Counted from the first letter of the stretch, positions 39,686-52,355 are shown. The stretch: DNA of 64,000 nucleotides from Candidatus Poribacteria bacterium (GCA_965222225.1 CBDCTK010000002.1:2496001-2560000); one strand, 5' to 3'. The notes: a model not told the origin generated them from the letters alone. Translations and numbers: made by a program.

Positions 39686-41541
39686 ATGAAACAACCATCA
39701 GCAGTTTCGTTGGGTAGTATCCTTGCTATACTGCTCCTGTACTTGCCGTGTTATGTTCAGGCGCGGGATTTCTATGTCAGCAATGACGGGCTTGACAAGA
39801 ACGCCGGTACTCGGGAGGAACCTTTTCGCACGCTGGCTCGTGCAGCCTTGCACGCGGAGGGTGGTGACACAGTAATCCTTCGAGGGGGCATCTACCGCGA
39901 AACTCTCACCGTTCGCCATTCTGGAACGGACACCAAGCCCCTGACATTCATGGCAGCGAAGGGGGAGAAGGTGGTCATCAGCGGCGCTGATCTTGCCGAG
40001 GACTGGAGAGCCTACAAGGGCAGCATTCTCCAAGCGAAGATCTCCAAAGCACTAGAGCAGGGCTTCAACCAGGTGTTTCTCGATGGAAGGATGATGCACC
40101 GGGCTCGTTTCCCGAACGAACAGAGCCAGGATTTGCACCGCCCCACGCTCGTCACCATGAAGGCAGACGACAGCCGTATCACGTCGCCGCTCCTCACCCA
40201 ACCCGACGGTTTTTGGAACGGCGGTTTTGTTGTTGGCGGATTCGGCCATCGCTGGGTCTTCCAGTGCGCGAGAATCAACGACTACAAGGCGGGTACGCTG
40301 CACTTAACGAAGCAAAATGGTCCGTGGTTCAACGGATCCGGCGATGGCTACGTGAGTGGCGTGCTCGGTGCCTTGGACACACCGAGGGAATGGCACATCG
40401 AAGACGGAGTCCTGTATCTCTGGCCCCCGAACGGCGTGGACCTCACGACGGCTGTCGTCGAGGTGAAGCAGCGCACTGTATGCATCGATTTCAACGCACA
40501 GTCCCATGTGGTGGTCAAGGGAATGGACGTTACTGCAGGAACCGTTCGTCTAGTTGGCCACTCATGCACGCTTGAGAACAGCCGCGCGAGTTATGCGAGC
40601 CACTTCACCTATTTCCCGTGTCCGGGTACGAGGCTGACGGAGGTGCCCAAGACGGTCACAATGGCATCCTCATTGAAGGAGACGACAACGTCGTACGAGG
40701 ATGTACCATTCAGTACTCGGCAGGTTCGGGTATCGTTATCAAGGGCGCAAGGAACCTGGTCACGCGTTGTGTAATCAGTGACATCGACTACTCCGGGACT
40801 CTCTCCTGCCCGATCTCGCTGGCGAAGGCGCCGGGGATGGTCACCGGCAAGAACCGGATCTGGTTCAACACCATACGCCGCACCGGGCGCGACTGTATTC
40901 AATTGTACGGGGATTCGGCTGACGACATTCGCTACAACGACATCTCTGATTCCGGACTGATGTGTAAGGATCTCGGGCTGGTTTCTGTGTATGGACGAGA
41001 TGGGCAGGGCACGCGCATCGCATACAATTGGGTTCACGACAACTGGAGCAAGGGTCCCAACCCCGGCATCTACTTCGACAACTACTGTCGGAACTTTGTC
41101 TTGGATCACAACGTGATATGGAATTGTGGAGCCGGGATACGGGTGAATGGCCCGGCCAAGGGCCACAGACTGTACAACAACACGCTGTTCAACTGCCGTG
41201 ATGTCGGAACCCGCCCCTACAACCAGTGGCCCAACCATACGCCTGGTTACTGGACCGGCGGCGGTTATGGGAATATCTACCGATATACCAAAATCAACAA
41301 TCTATTTCTGAGTACGAGACCGGCTGCACAACTTGAGGATTTTGCGAACAAGAATTTCAGCCTCAAGACCAGTGCCCCAGCCATTGATTCCGGAAAGCCG
41401 GTCACCGGGATTACGGATGGCTTCCTCGGGGAGGCACCTGACCTGGGAGCATATGAATCTGGTGGAGCGAGGCGGGTCCCGGGCGTGCGTGGACGAGCCG
41501 AACAAGGCGCTGCAGCGCACGCGGACGAACCGCCCCGCTGA
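39686..41541 (+). CDS. Secreted right-handed parallel beta-helix protein (DUF1565-like, possible polysaccharide lyase); frameshift near 40615
   Basis: Signal peptide, FYVS.DG.D.NAGT...PFRT, RGGIYRE, GIYFDN, APDLGAYE. Confidence 0.8.
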
Positions 41542-41556
41542 GCTTCACCGTTCGGT
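41497..41556 (+). other. attC-like integron cassette recombination site
   Basis: GCCGAAC (R'') - GCTGCAGCG (L'') ... CGCTGAGC (L') - GTTCGGT (R'), 60 bp, between two co-oriented genes. Confidence 0.65.
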
Positions 41557-41572
41557 GCTGAAGAAGACAAAC

Positions 41573-43036
41573 ATGCAGAAGCCTAACATCATTTTCATTT
41601 TGGCTGATGACTTGGGTTATGGCGATGTTGCCTGTTACAACCCCGAGTCCAAAGTGCCGACTCCTAATCTGGATCGACTCAGCCGGGAAGGACTGACCTT
41701 CACCGATGCTCACGCTCCAGCCACCGTATGCACGCCCAGCCGTTACAGCGTACTCACGGGGCGCATGGCTTTTCGCACAGGCATATCCGGAGTATTCTCA
41801 GGCGCCGGCGGACCGTGCATGATAGAAGAGGGTCGATTAACGCTCCCGGGCATGCTGCGTGACAAAGGATACACAACCGCCTGCTTCGGCAAATGGCATG
41901 TTGGCCTCTCATTCCCCGACAAAAACGGAAATCCGATCAACGAGAACGGATTTGAACCGGTGAAACGCATCGACTATTCACGCGCCATTCCTGACGCTCC
42001 CATCCACCGGGGCTTCGACCATTTCTTTGGCACGGCGTGCTGTTCTGGAACGGACTTCCTCTACGCCTTCATTGATGGTGACCGCATCCCAGTGCCACCC
42101 ACCGGCGAACTGGACAAAGCACCACTCCCCATACATCCGTACGCCAATGACAACCGACACGGCATGATTGCACCGGGTTTCAACATTCAGGAACTTGACC
42201 AAGTCTTCCTTCGGAAAAGCATTACGTTCATTGAGGAACACGTTCGGAACAGCCCCGGCAAGCCCTTTTTCTTGTATCACCCAACCAACGCAGTGCACCT
42301 ACCCTCGTTTGCGTCCAGCACGTGCCGGGGCAAAACAGATGCTGGGCCACACGGCGACTTCATCTTTGAGTTCGATCATGTCGTAGGTGAACTGCTCAAC
42401 ACCGTGGACCGGCTCGGGATTGCCGACAATACCCTCGTTATGGTCTCAAGTGATAACGGACCGGAGGTGACCAGTGTCGTGCACATGCGTAAGGACTACC
42501 AGCATGACGGGGCACGTCCCTGGCGCGGTTTGAAACGCGATCAGTGGGAAGGCGGACATCGAATCCCCTTCATCGCGCGTTGGCCGGGACACATCTTGCC
42601 AGATACACAGACAGACCAGACGGTCTGCCTCTGCGATATCATGGACACCTGCGCGGCGCTTGTCGGATCCGACCTCCCGCATGACGCTGCGGAAGACAGC
42701 TACAACATTCTGCCGGCCCTATTGGGAGAACAGCCCGAAGAACAGCCCATTCGCGAACATACACTGCATCAGACCATTTGCTTGGCACTCAGTATTCGCA
42801 AGGGGCCCTGGAAGTACCTGGATCACCCGGGATCAGGCGGGAACAACTACGAGAAGGACGAAGCACTGCACCCCTACGTACTACCAGAGAAAGCACCGGA
42901 TGCGCCCGGCCAACTCTACAATCTCGACGCGGACCCGGGGGAGACGACAAACCTGTATTTCGAGAACCCGGAGATCGTCGAAGAATTACGGACGCAACTA
43001 CACGCATACCGCGACGGCGGACGCAGTCGGCCGTGA
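41573..43036 (+). CDS. Arylsulfatase
   Basis: MQKPNIIFILADDLGYGD, CTPSR, GKWH, SSDNG, WEGGHR. Confidence 0.92.
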   Translation: MQKPNIIFILADDLGYGDVACYNPESKVPTPNLDRLSREGLTFTDAHAPATVCTPSRYSVLTGRMAFRTGISGVFSGAGGPCMIEEGRLTLPGMLRDKGYTTACFGKWHVGLSFPDKNGNPINENGFEPVKRIDYSRAIPDAPIHRGFDHFFGTACCSGTDFLYAFIDGDRIPVPPTGELDKAPLPIHPYANDNRHGMIAPGFNIQELDQVFLRKSITFIEEHVRNSPGKPFFLYHPTNAVHLPSFASSTCRGKTDAGPHGDFIFEFDHVVGELLNTVDRLGIADNTLVMVSSDNGPEVTSVVHMRKDYQHDGARPWRGLKRDQWEGGHRIPFIARWPGHILPDTQTDQTVCLCDIMDTCAALVGSDLPHDAAEDSYNILPALLGEQPEEQPIREHTLHQTICLALSIRKGPWKYLDHPGSGGNNYEKDEALHPYVLPEKAPDAPGQLYNLDADPGETTNLYFENPEIVEELRTQLHAYRDGGRSRP

Positions 43037-43263
43037 AGACGCGTGTTCAGTGAGGATTTGAAGCCGGTGATGGTACAACATACAACCCCCGGAACTGCCG
43101 CAACATACCGTCCGTCTGCGTGCGAAATCGTGTTGGTGAATGAAATACCCGCCACCACTACTCTGAAGCGGAACCGAGGAATTAATGAAATGCGGTGATA
43201 TTTTTGACCGTTTCATCAGTAAATGATTAGATTCTGCCATTGAACTCCATAGGAGGCGCACTG

Positions 43264-43750
43264 ATGAAAACTATCCAACTTACCGTGCAAGTACCAGCTG
43301 ACCTCGATTCAATAAATAACTTGGAACTATATGTTGACCAACTGGGACAGAAGCTCAAGCGTGAACTGTTTTCATCAATGCTTTGCGAGATGAGTTCCCC
43401 CGACACGCATTCGGATTCAGCGGAATCAACATGTCCCAGCTGTAAAAAAAAACGCAGTATCAGTTGGGGCAACCGACCGAGGACATTAAAGACCGTCTTT
43501 GGCGGCATTCATCTGACTATCCCACGAAAAGGTGGTGCGCCTGTAAACTGCGGATAATTCGAGAGCGTAGTGAAACTGGCCTTGTTACTCTCCGTATTGA
43601 ATCCACCGACCTCTGAAGAGCATTCAAAAAAGTTTAAGGGCGTTAATTTGCCGTTTTAGTCTGTGTGATAGGCACTTTCCCCCGTCTGCGGAAAGACTCC
43701 CAGCAGGAGGTGGTGTCCTTGTTAACTGCGAGTAATTCGAGAGAGTACTA
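43264..43750 (+). pseudogene. ISKra4/ISLre2-like transposase remnant
   Basis: CPSCKKK with A-run, RTLKTVFG.I...R; downstream part recurs at 44281-44395 plus 45615-45659. Confidence 0.55.
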
Positions 43751-44395
43751 TTTCACGGTTAAAGAAAATCGTGATTTGCATGCTATCAGTCAGAAGCCAC
43801 GTTGGGAATATAAGTAGGGGAGCATTTCAAGGAGGGATGATTTCTGAGCCGTCGTCATATCTGGAAGGTCGGCCGCTTGAAACCTCTGATGACACAAAGT
43901 CATAAACAAGCTAAAATAGCGGCGATGAGGCCAATGAAGATCTCTATACGGCAGGATGAAAAATAATAATACCGTTACTTTTATGACTGGCAGGGCAATT
44001 TCAACGATCTGTTCGACATTCTGAATCAGAGAGTACTCATTTTCGCTTTTTCCCTCTGGGATACTCGCGCAATCGAGATAGCGTTGTAGCGCTACTCATG
44101 ATAACGCAAACCCATGTCATGACTGGATTTAGGACATCTTCGGGGCGTCTCCGAAGGTGCCTTTTTTGTGCCAATATTTTACACGCATTCCACCCTCAAG
44201 CTTTCCCCTGAATTCCCGTTAAACTCTTAATGGTGCCGTGGCTCTTGACCGCGAATATCTGCAGCTGGGTGTTGCCCCTTTTAACTGCGGTTAATTCGAG
44301 AGACTACTGAAACTGGCGTTGTTACTCTCCTGATTGAATCATGCGACCTCTGAAGAGCATTCGAAACAGATTGTGGGCGTCAACTTGCCGTTTTA

Positions 44396-45612
44396 GTGGT
44401 CTATTCGCTAAGTAGTTATGGTATATTTATCCATGACAGAACCATAGGCACCTAACTTGTAGCTCGGCTGCTGTTGAGGCATTTTCTTCCATCGGTAAGG
44501 GTGCTTATGGGCATTCCACCAACAAACTGCATCGTTGAGCGCATCAGTCAGTTCATCAAGCGTTTCAAACCTTCTCCCTTTCAAAGCGAGAGACTTTAAC
44601 TGTTTCCACCACGGCTCTATCAAATTTAGCCAACACGCATATTTCGGAATAAACTGTACTCCAATCTCAGGCCACGCTAAAAGCGCCACCTTTACATCAC
44701 GACTGTGATGAATCGAAAGATTGTCTTCGATGAGTAACCATCTCTCAGAAGGAAACTTATCTATCACTTTCTCAATCAGCTGGATATGAGTTGCACTATC
44801 TCTACTCGGAGAAAGTACAATTTCCGCTTGACCTGTTGACGGTTCAAAGGCACCATGAACCCATAGTTTACCTCGACGACCATAATCCGGCTCAAAAGTG
44901 GCTCGATTGGCACCGGGTTGCCAAGTTTCACCTGGATAGGTTTTAACCGCAATGGGTCCCATTTCATCAATGCAGATTATTCGTGTGTCCGCTGCAGGCG
45001 CAATGTACGCCGAAATTACAGCCCCCTTTTTTCCACAAATTGGTCGTCCTGTTTTTCTGCCTCATCAAACCAACTCTGTTGACGTTTCCAACTCAGTCCT
45101 TCGTCTGTTAACCAGTTCCATATGGTCGACAGAGAGAGATAAACCCCCTCTCTCTGTTTGAAGACGGTATGCAGGCGCTCTAGAGTCCATAACTCAAATG
45201 GATAACCCAGGCTCTTGGGTTTGTGCAGTGCTAAATCAATCAGCTACTACGCACCTCTATTGAATGCGTTATCGGTTTACCACTTCGGGGGTTATCGGCG
45301 AGTCCTTCCATACCTGCTTCGTTGAACCGCTTGACCCAATATGCTCCTGAAACGCCCGTTTTGAATCCAACCTGGAGTGCAGCTTTGGAACTGGTCAGTT
45401 GGCTGTCGTCCAACATGTTGATAATTAGCTGGGCTCTCTGGACGAGCCGATGGGGTTGAATACGTGAGTTGGCTAAAGTCCTCAGTTGTTGTTCTTCTGT
45501 CTCACTGACGGCACGAACATAGTGAACTCGTTTTCCCATCTGGAATTCTCCTTTCCATTTCGGTTGAGTGGAAAGAAGATTTATACCATATATTCTTAGA
45601 AAATCAACCGTT
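44396..45612 (-). mobile_element. IS630-family insertion sequence
   Basis: TA on both flanks, about 33-bp imperfect IRs, HTH orfA (45240-45539), DDE orfB (IDEMGP, EDNLSIH, WLNLIE), GGAAAAAAGGGG slippery site near 45022-45033. Confidence 0.88.
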
Positions 45613-45659
45613 TAGTGTGTGTCATAGGCATTTTCCCCGTCTGCGGAGAGACCAGCAGG

Positions 45660-46160
45660 GCACTCTGACATAACAGTCCCAATGCACCGAATTGGTGACC
45701 CCAGTGAAACTTTGACTGGTTGGTGTTCCGCCTGCGATACCGATGATTGCGGAAAAAGTGAAGACCGAATTAGTGTCGGCCAGTTTTAATCGCCTTTGTC
45801 TCGTCATAGACATAAACCCAATTATCGAAAGTCTGCTGGAGAACCCTCAGCAAACATTTGGCCACCGCATCAGCAGACCATTTGCTCCGAGATAGGAACT
45901 TGACCATTGACCAATATCGAACATTAGGACGACTCGCTTGATAAATGCTTGTTACCGTCTGGGGCGAGTGACCAATTATAAGACCCTCTATAAACGCGCA
46001 GAACAGCTCGAAACTTTGTTGGTTGAATAATGGCCGAAATTCTGTTACGATTTGGTGCAGGCAGAAGATGAGGTCCATTTTTCTCCTTTCTCAAACTATG
46101 GTAGGTTTTTGAAAGGATAACCTCTTTTCTGCCTTTTTTCAAATTGTCCAAACTTTAGTA
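45660..46160 (-). pseudogene. IS701/IS4-like DDE transposase N-terminal fragment
   Basis: FRPLFNQQSF, FLSRSKW, YDETKAIKTG, FHWGHQF. Confidence 0.65.
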
Positions 46161-46322
46161 ATAATTATAGTTCGGTACTTTTTGACCTCCGAAGAATGGC
46201 GATCCAGGTTTCATGCGGGTTTGCAGCTATATAAGGTCAAAATTGGCGAATCCTCGAATCCCCGCTATGACTGGGTTTCTGAAATTCTGCCGAAGTATAG
46301 GTAATAATAAGGAGTCAGATAA

Positions 46323-47372
46323 ATGTCGAAACACCGGTTTCTATTTACGCGACACCCCAATCTGGAAAACAAGTGGCCGTTCCTCCACGAGCGAATGGTC
46401 ACGCGCCTTGATGAATTAGGCACCACAGTTGTCCTCAATACAGACACAAAGGATCCAATTCATCAACAGATTGAACTCGATGATGTCGTGGGGATTGCTT
46501 GTTTTGGCGGAAGTTTAACAGCGGAGTGCATCGCCGCCGCACCCAAGCTGCGAGTGATCGGCACGAGGGGAGATAATAGCGGTAAGGGAGTACCATTTAG
46601 ACCTGCTTCAGGCAAGAAATATTCCGGTCATTGAAGGGAGCCGCGCAGGGCGCAATCCGTTGCCGAATGCGCTTTCGGATTGGCCCTGGCGGCATTAAGG
46701 CGCACTGCGCAGTGGCATTGTCGAATGGCAAATAAAGAGCCTTTGTGGGAGTATGCTTACGGGCAATTTTGCGATGCACCGGACTTCGTTAATGGCGATC
46801 TCGGCACAAAACGCATCGGCGTGATAGGGTTGGGGCAGATTGGAAGAAAGATTGCCCAGTGGTGCCGCGCCTTTGGTGCGACGGTCGATGGCTATGATCC
46901 CTTCGTGGACGAATCGCTGCTTAAGAGATGGGATGTGCGTCCAGTGGACATGGATATGCTCGTCAGTGAAGCCGACATTGTCTTCATTGCAGTGCCGCCC
47001 ACACCTTCAGCACGACATCTGCTCTCCCGTGAACGAATCAATCGGCTACACAAAGGAGCGTTGGTTGTCGCTATCACCCGCGCGCACGCCGTAGATATGG
47101 AGGCTTTGCGAGAGCGCATTCTCGCTGATGAACTTGCCGGTGCATTCGATGTTTACGATGTTGAGCCGTTGCCCATGGACGATCCGCTGCGCGGACGCGA
47201 CAATGTTGTACATACGCCGCACATCGCTGGCAGAACCAAGGACGCGAATCTTCGGGTCGCTGATATGATTGTTGCTGACTTTACCCGTGTTCTCAAGGGA
47301 GAGCAACCGCTTGGTGCCTTGACGCCCAAGGCTGTTACCGTAAGAACAGAGAGCGTCGAATTGCCATTTTAG
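46323..47372 (+). CDS. D-isomer-specific 2-hydroxyacid dehydrogenase (frameshifted near 46590-46650)
   Basis: AAPKLRVI, GVIGLGQIG, GYDP, FDVYDVEP, TPHIAG. Confidence 0.85.
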
Positions 47373-47400
47373 GGCGGAAATAAAAGAGGTATTAAGGGGC

Positions 47401-47570
47401 GGTACTGCTATACATGTAATGCTCTGTCGAGATTATAGTGACAAATGAAGTATTTTATGGCGCTGATGTGATTGGTTTTACGGCTCTGCTTTTTGACCAC
47501 CCGATGCTGCTGTTCCGGAATGACCTCCTCATAGGCACCCCAACTATCTGTATAGAAGGTCGTACCTCCC
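47401..47570 (-). mobile_element. IS1-family right-end remnant
   Basis: FYTDSWGAYEEVIP...KTNHI...YFICHYN (InsB-like); GGTACTGC terminus. Confidence 0.75.
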
Positions 47571-47584
47571 CTGTAGATCGTTGG

Positions 47585-48181
47585 CACCGGCTCGCTCTCA
47601 TTCTCTGTCTTCAACTGAGATAGCAAGACCTGTCCCAGCGGGGATTTGGCCAACCCCTGTTGAAGTTCCTCCTTCGATAATCCCCTCAACTTGAAAATGA
47701 GGAACGGATCCCTATCAAATTCCAGCGCCGCCAAATAATAAACGCCCGCAATGTGTTTGCACGGGTTGTCCCAATCAGGACAAGAGCAGTCCGTCTGAAA
47801 GTCCTTTCGGCTGCGGGGGAGTAGGCTCAGAGCCAAGTCAGAGAAAGCATCTTCGATATTGTCAGGCATTTCGTTCATCAGGAGTTTGGAGACGTAGGCG
47901 GCTTTCGATGAAATGGCGGTTATCACTTTGGACCAATCGGTTTTGGGAATGGGTGTAATGCCAACCGTAGTTTGATAAAGGGGTTCTTCATACACATCAA
48001 AGTATGGATTGATCGACCCTCTGACCAGCGCGTCTATCTTTCCTCTGGTCAGGTGAAATTCGACAATCTTTCCGTTCCGGGCGTAGGCGCGTCCACGAGC
48101 AAGCCGACCAGAGTCGGTAATCTGTTCGAGAGCGTCGATGAATCGCCTTCCCCACCAGGTTCGACTGAATTGAGCCATCAT
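47585..48181 (-). pseudogene. SWIM zinc-finger protein truncated by IS1 remnant
   Basis: FSRTWWG, RLARGRAYAR, CSCPDWDNPCKH. Confidence 0.8.
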
Positions 48182-48599
48182 TCACCTCTTAAATATTAGG
48201 AATACGACCAACTCAAAATCCCAGTCCCAGTCATAGTACGACCACATAGACGACAAACGGATTCTGTCCATCGCATTTCCTGCTATTGTGTGACTTGGTG
48301 TTCCATTATACGGGTTTGTGGTGGGGTGTCAATGCGAATCTTCGGTGGGAAATGTTCTCAGTTCTAGGAAATGGATTATTTCTAGAACTGGTGATAATAG
48401 GGGTAACGGGACTATAGCTGCGATAAGATACGACAAGGGTTCAAATCGAGATGGGACAAGGCTTTAAGCGTTGAAAATTTCCCGCACCAACACCAAGAGA
48501 ATTTCCGACTTTGAGCAGAACCGGAAATTTTCAGCCGAAATTTCTCGATTTTGAGTGGTGAAATTTCCGTTTTTCGTAGGTATTGCCGGGGTCAAACGC

Positions 48600-48837
48600 A
48601 AAAACAGGGATCGCCTGTACCATGGTCGAAGCTGGGGAACGAGCCCTGGCCTTCCTTGCGGGCTTTGATTAAAGCACCCACAAACTTTGCGGAATTAAAC
48701 GTAAACGGTGCGCCCCGCCGAGCATGGGCTTCCTCCGGATCTTCCATGGTGTCTAATTCGCTCTGATAGTAGTGGTAGCCATCCATCGGTATAATGGTGA
48801 GCAATCTGCCCAACCGCTCCTGTAACGCTTCTGCCAA
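48600..48837 (-). pseudogene. Uridine/pantothenate-kinase-like P-loop kinase internal fragment
   Basis: IPMDGYH, RRGAPFTF, FPSFDH..GDP; no P-loop or C-terminus. Confidence 0.7.
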
Positions 48838-48903
48838 CGCGATCCAGAACTGCGTATCACCAGTTAAGACGACGGTTTTGGGAGAGGCGAGTGTGTAACC
48901 ACC

Positions 48904-49896
48904 TTACGGTTTGAGCAGAACCTTGATGGCTGCATCAGGTCGGTCTTGGACGGCAAATGCCTCCGGCGCTTCGGCTAGCGGAAGGGCGTGAGATATGAGC
49001 GGTTTGCGATCCACACGCCCGCTCTCTACCAGAGCAATTGCCTGACGGTAATCATCACCGGTCCATCCCCACGATCCCTCAATGGTTACGTGCTTACGCA
49101 CTACTTGGTTAAAGTCCAATTCGGGCGGGTGTTCGAAAAGAGCAACAAATACCATCCGCCCGTACATCTGCTTCAGCATCAAGAGGCCCTGGTTGGGAGA
49201 GTTCTTGGCGCCGGCGCAATCGATGACCACATCGGCATTTCCGCCTCGCACCCCAAAGTTCACGACGGGCTTGGCGCCGCCGGTCAGCTCAATGACGGCT
49301 TCGACGGAATCGGTCTCGGTCAGGTTCACGGCGTAGTCGGCTCCCAACTGTCGCGCCATCTCCAGGCGTTTTTCAGAGGCGTCAATAGTGATAATCCGGC
49401 AGTCGACAGTAGCCTTGAGCGCCTGCACACAGCCCAGGCCGATGATACCAACCCCCAGGATGACCACAGTTTGACCAGAAACAGGTTGCCCCAGTCCTAC
49501 ACCGTGCAGAGATGTGGCAAATGGCTCCATCATCGCACCCTCTTCAAACCCAATGTTATCGGGTAACAGATGCGGTGCGTGTTCTTTGACGGGCAAAGTT
49601 GTGTATTCGGCAAACCCGCCTACGCCTACGCTCGTAATGCGGTCGCCAACTCTGAACCCCTCGACCTCCTGGCCGACCGCGACAACCTCGCCGCTTAATT
49701 CGTGCCCCATAATGCGACCGTTTTCGATCGGCCTCCCCAATGCATCGTCAAACAGGCCTAGGCGATACATATGCAAATCTGACCCGCAAATACCACAAGC
49801 CCGCACCCGCACCAACACTTCATTGTCAGCAATATTCGGTGTGCGGACCTCTTCGACACGAATGTCGCGTGGTCCGTGATAGACGGCTGCTTTCAT
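48904..49896 (-). CDS. Zinc-binding (MDR) dehydrogenase
   Basis: CGICGSDLH, GHE, GVGIIG, IKVLL. Confidence 0.92.
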   Translation of the reverse strand: MKAAVYHGPRDIRVEEVRTPNIADNEVLVRVRACGICGSDLHMYRLGLFDDALGRPIENGRIMGHELSGEVVAVGQEVEGFRVGDRITSVGVGGFAEYTTLPVKEHAPHLLPDNIGFEEGAMMEPFATSLHGVGLGQPVSGQTVVILGVGIIGLGCVQALKATVDCRIITIDASEKRLEMARQLGADYAVNLTETDSVEAVIELTGGAKPVVNFGVRGGNADVVIDCAGAKNSPNQGLLMLKQMYGRMVFVALFEHPPELDFNQVVRKHVTIEGSWGWTGDDYRQAIALVESGRVDRKPLISHALPLAEAPEAFAVQDRPDAAIKVLLKP

Positions 49897-50244
49897 CGAA
49901 AAACCTCCTGATATTCCTCAATGCAGAGGCCGTCCTGTTTCTTGGCACCCAGATGCCCACCCCATTTCTATCCTCAGGGACGGAGTTAGAAAGTTTCCTT
50001 TCCACACCCATGAATCTGGAATAGCCGGAATGATGGAGTAATTCCTTGGGTTCTTCAAGCAACCAAATTGCATGTCCTTTGGCCGGGTACTGACAAAACA
50101 GAACCCTTAGTGTGCATGACCTATCCCCAGAATGGCCTATCCTCGAATCCCTGTAAGGGTGCGTCTGTGTTTCAGGTGATTAGCCAACACGCTTGTGATG
50201 TCGTGTCGGACGATACAATCAGAAAAGACGGAAAAGTCACTCAT

Positions 50245-50600
50245 AGCGCAATCACTAAACACTTTGAAAATACACGAACGCCATTTTACCCAGTTTTCGA
50301 TTTGGGGTCAACAGAAATCGTCGAATCAAAAGCCAAACAAGCCTGGGTGTGTGGAATATTCCAAGCGCTTCTCCAGTAGCACGGTGAGCGTTATCATGTC
50401 GGCAAACTTCGCTTGTCGTCCACAGCCCTATATCGAAGCCGTATATGTGAGCCTTGAGGCGGATTGTGGAAGTCAGGATGAACGCGCCACCAACAGTTTT
50501 TCTGTTGACTGATGTCTGAAAACATAAGACATCTTTCCAAAATAACGCCCGTTGTTTTAAGACTTCCACTGCACTGGCGTGTTGAACGCATCGCAATGGG
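50245..50600 (-). mobile_element. Decayed IS end, related to 58068-58626
   Basis: 50268-50320 resembles the reverse complement of 58559-58610 (CCATTTTAC.CAGTTTTCG...TCAACA.AAATC). Confidence 0.5.
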
Positions 50601-50729
50601 GAAATATGGAGTAATGGAGTATCAGGGTATGAGAATCTCAGGGTATTTGTTGTTACTCCAACACCCCAAACTCCCAATACCCCATTGCTTGTCTGCTACG
50701 TACCCTCTGTGTCTCAGCGTCTTGGTGAT

Positions 50730-50891
50730 TTAATTAGGAAAGATGTCTAATAGGGGAATTTCCAACTCTTCTTCCAACTGCTTGATCTGCATCGATACAG
50801 GGGACTGGGTTAAATACAGTTCAGCCGCCGCCTTTGAGAAACTCTGATGCTCGGCAAGCGCACGAAGAATTTCCAATTGGTGCCGGTTCAT
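50730..50891 (-). pseudogene. LysR regulator, HTH-only remnant
   Basis: Manual translation MNRHQLEILRALAEHQSFSKAAAELYLTQSPVSMQIKQLEEELEIPLL, then early stop. Confidence 0.8.
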
Positions 50892-51089
50892 GGTGCGCTC
50901 CTTTATCCATCAGATTTTCTAATACCATCCTATAAGAATTATTTGTTTGCACAATACCATATCTTTAAGTACAATGGCTATGCTGGTTATTTTGGAAAGA
51001 TGTCTATAGTAGAATCGCTCCTCGAAAACGTCCCAATGCATCAATTTAAAGCTGACAGACCACTAGACTGATTAAAAAACGTGAATCCA

Positions 51090-52200
51090 ATGAAAACAAC
51101 GCACGCTAACCCCCTCACAACGCCCGAAGATATGTTGAAGAGCCGAGAATGGACGGGGCGTTTTCTCTCCGATCCCGCCAATCTTCCCATCTCTTTCGCC
51201 TTCGATGGGAAAGCTATAAGTGGTATTCCAAGAGACTGGGGGCCCGTGTTCAAGCAGACGCCGCATCGACGCGAATATCGTCGAAACAGTTTTTGAAGGG
51301 GATGACGCTACGACCGGCTTGAACCTCCGTGTTGAGTGCACGCAGTATCAGGACTACCCGGTTGTGGAATGGGTGGCATGGTTTACCAACAAGGGCCGTG
51401 AACCGACACCCCTCATCCGAGACATTCTGGCAATCGATGAAACGTTCAGCGGTTCTTCGCCCGCGCTGTATCATTGCAACGGTGATTTCTACAGCGAGGA
51501 AGGATACACACCTTGTGAGACGCCCTTGCCAGCAGGAGAAGCGATGGAATTTGCGCCCAACGGCGGCCGTCCATGCAACGGCGCATTCCCCTACTATCGC
51601 ATCATGTTCGAGGACTGCGGGCTGTCTATGGCAATTGGCTGGCCGGACAGTGGGCGGCGAGTTTCAAAGGGCTCGCAGATGGCGTACACGTTCGGGCAGG
51701 CCAGGAAAAGACAAACCTACGGCTTATGCCGGGTGAAAGCATCCGCACGCCGCGAGTGCCCCTCCTCTCCTGGTCCGGTGACGTTTCAAGAGGGGTGAAC
51801 CTGTGGCGCCGGTGGTATCTTGCCCACATCCTTCCCAGACCCAACGGTCAGTCGATGAAACCGCACTTGGCGTGCGGATGCCCTGGCGAGGGTGTGGAAT
51901 TTACGGGAGCCACCGAAGAAAACCAGTTACTGTATATCGAGAAGGCGAAACAGCACGGTATTCCCTTTGATGTCTGGTGGATTGATGCCGGCTGGTACCC
52001 CTGCTACGACGAAAACGGTGAAAGGCAATGGCCGCTAACTGGCACGTGGGAGCCTGAGCCCGAAAGATTTCCCAATGGTCTGAAGCCAGTGTCCGACTGC
52101 GCAACTCGAAACAGTGCCGCTCTGTTGCTTTGGTTTGAGCCGGAAAGAGTACACCCCGGCACCAAACTCGATATCGAACACCCAGAATGGCTGCTGCGAA
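51090..52200 (+). pseudogene. GH36 alpha-galactosidase-like, frameshifted and truncated by an IS66 remnant
   Basis: WWIDAGWY, RFPNGLKP, LLWFEPE spread over three frames. Confidence 0.8.
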
Positions 52201-52355
52201 GTGGCCACGCTCCGGCAGCAGAAGCGGAACGTGTTAGCGTACCTTTTTGCCGTCTGTGCGGCTCAGATTCGAGGCGAAAAGGCCCCTTCCTTACTTCCCA
52301 CCATGCCACCCGCCGGTCGACCCAGCGTAGCCCCATAGACCACCTGAACGGTTAC
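52198..52355 (+). mobile_element. IS66-family right-end remnant
   Basis: VATLRQQKRNVLAYL...APSLLP; terminus CCTGAACGGTTAC. Confidence 0.8.

Noticed and set aside
43074-43137. Possible second attC after the sulfatase (TACAAC...GTTGGT)
   Set aside because: R boxes are poorly complementary and L-box spacing is non-canonical.
43936-43947. GAAGATCTCTAT matching the micro-element head
   Set aside because: Only 12 nt, with no tail.
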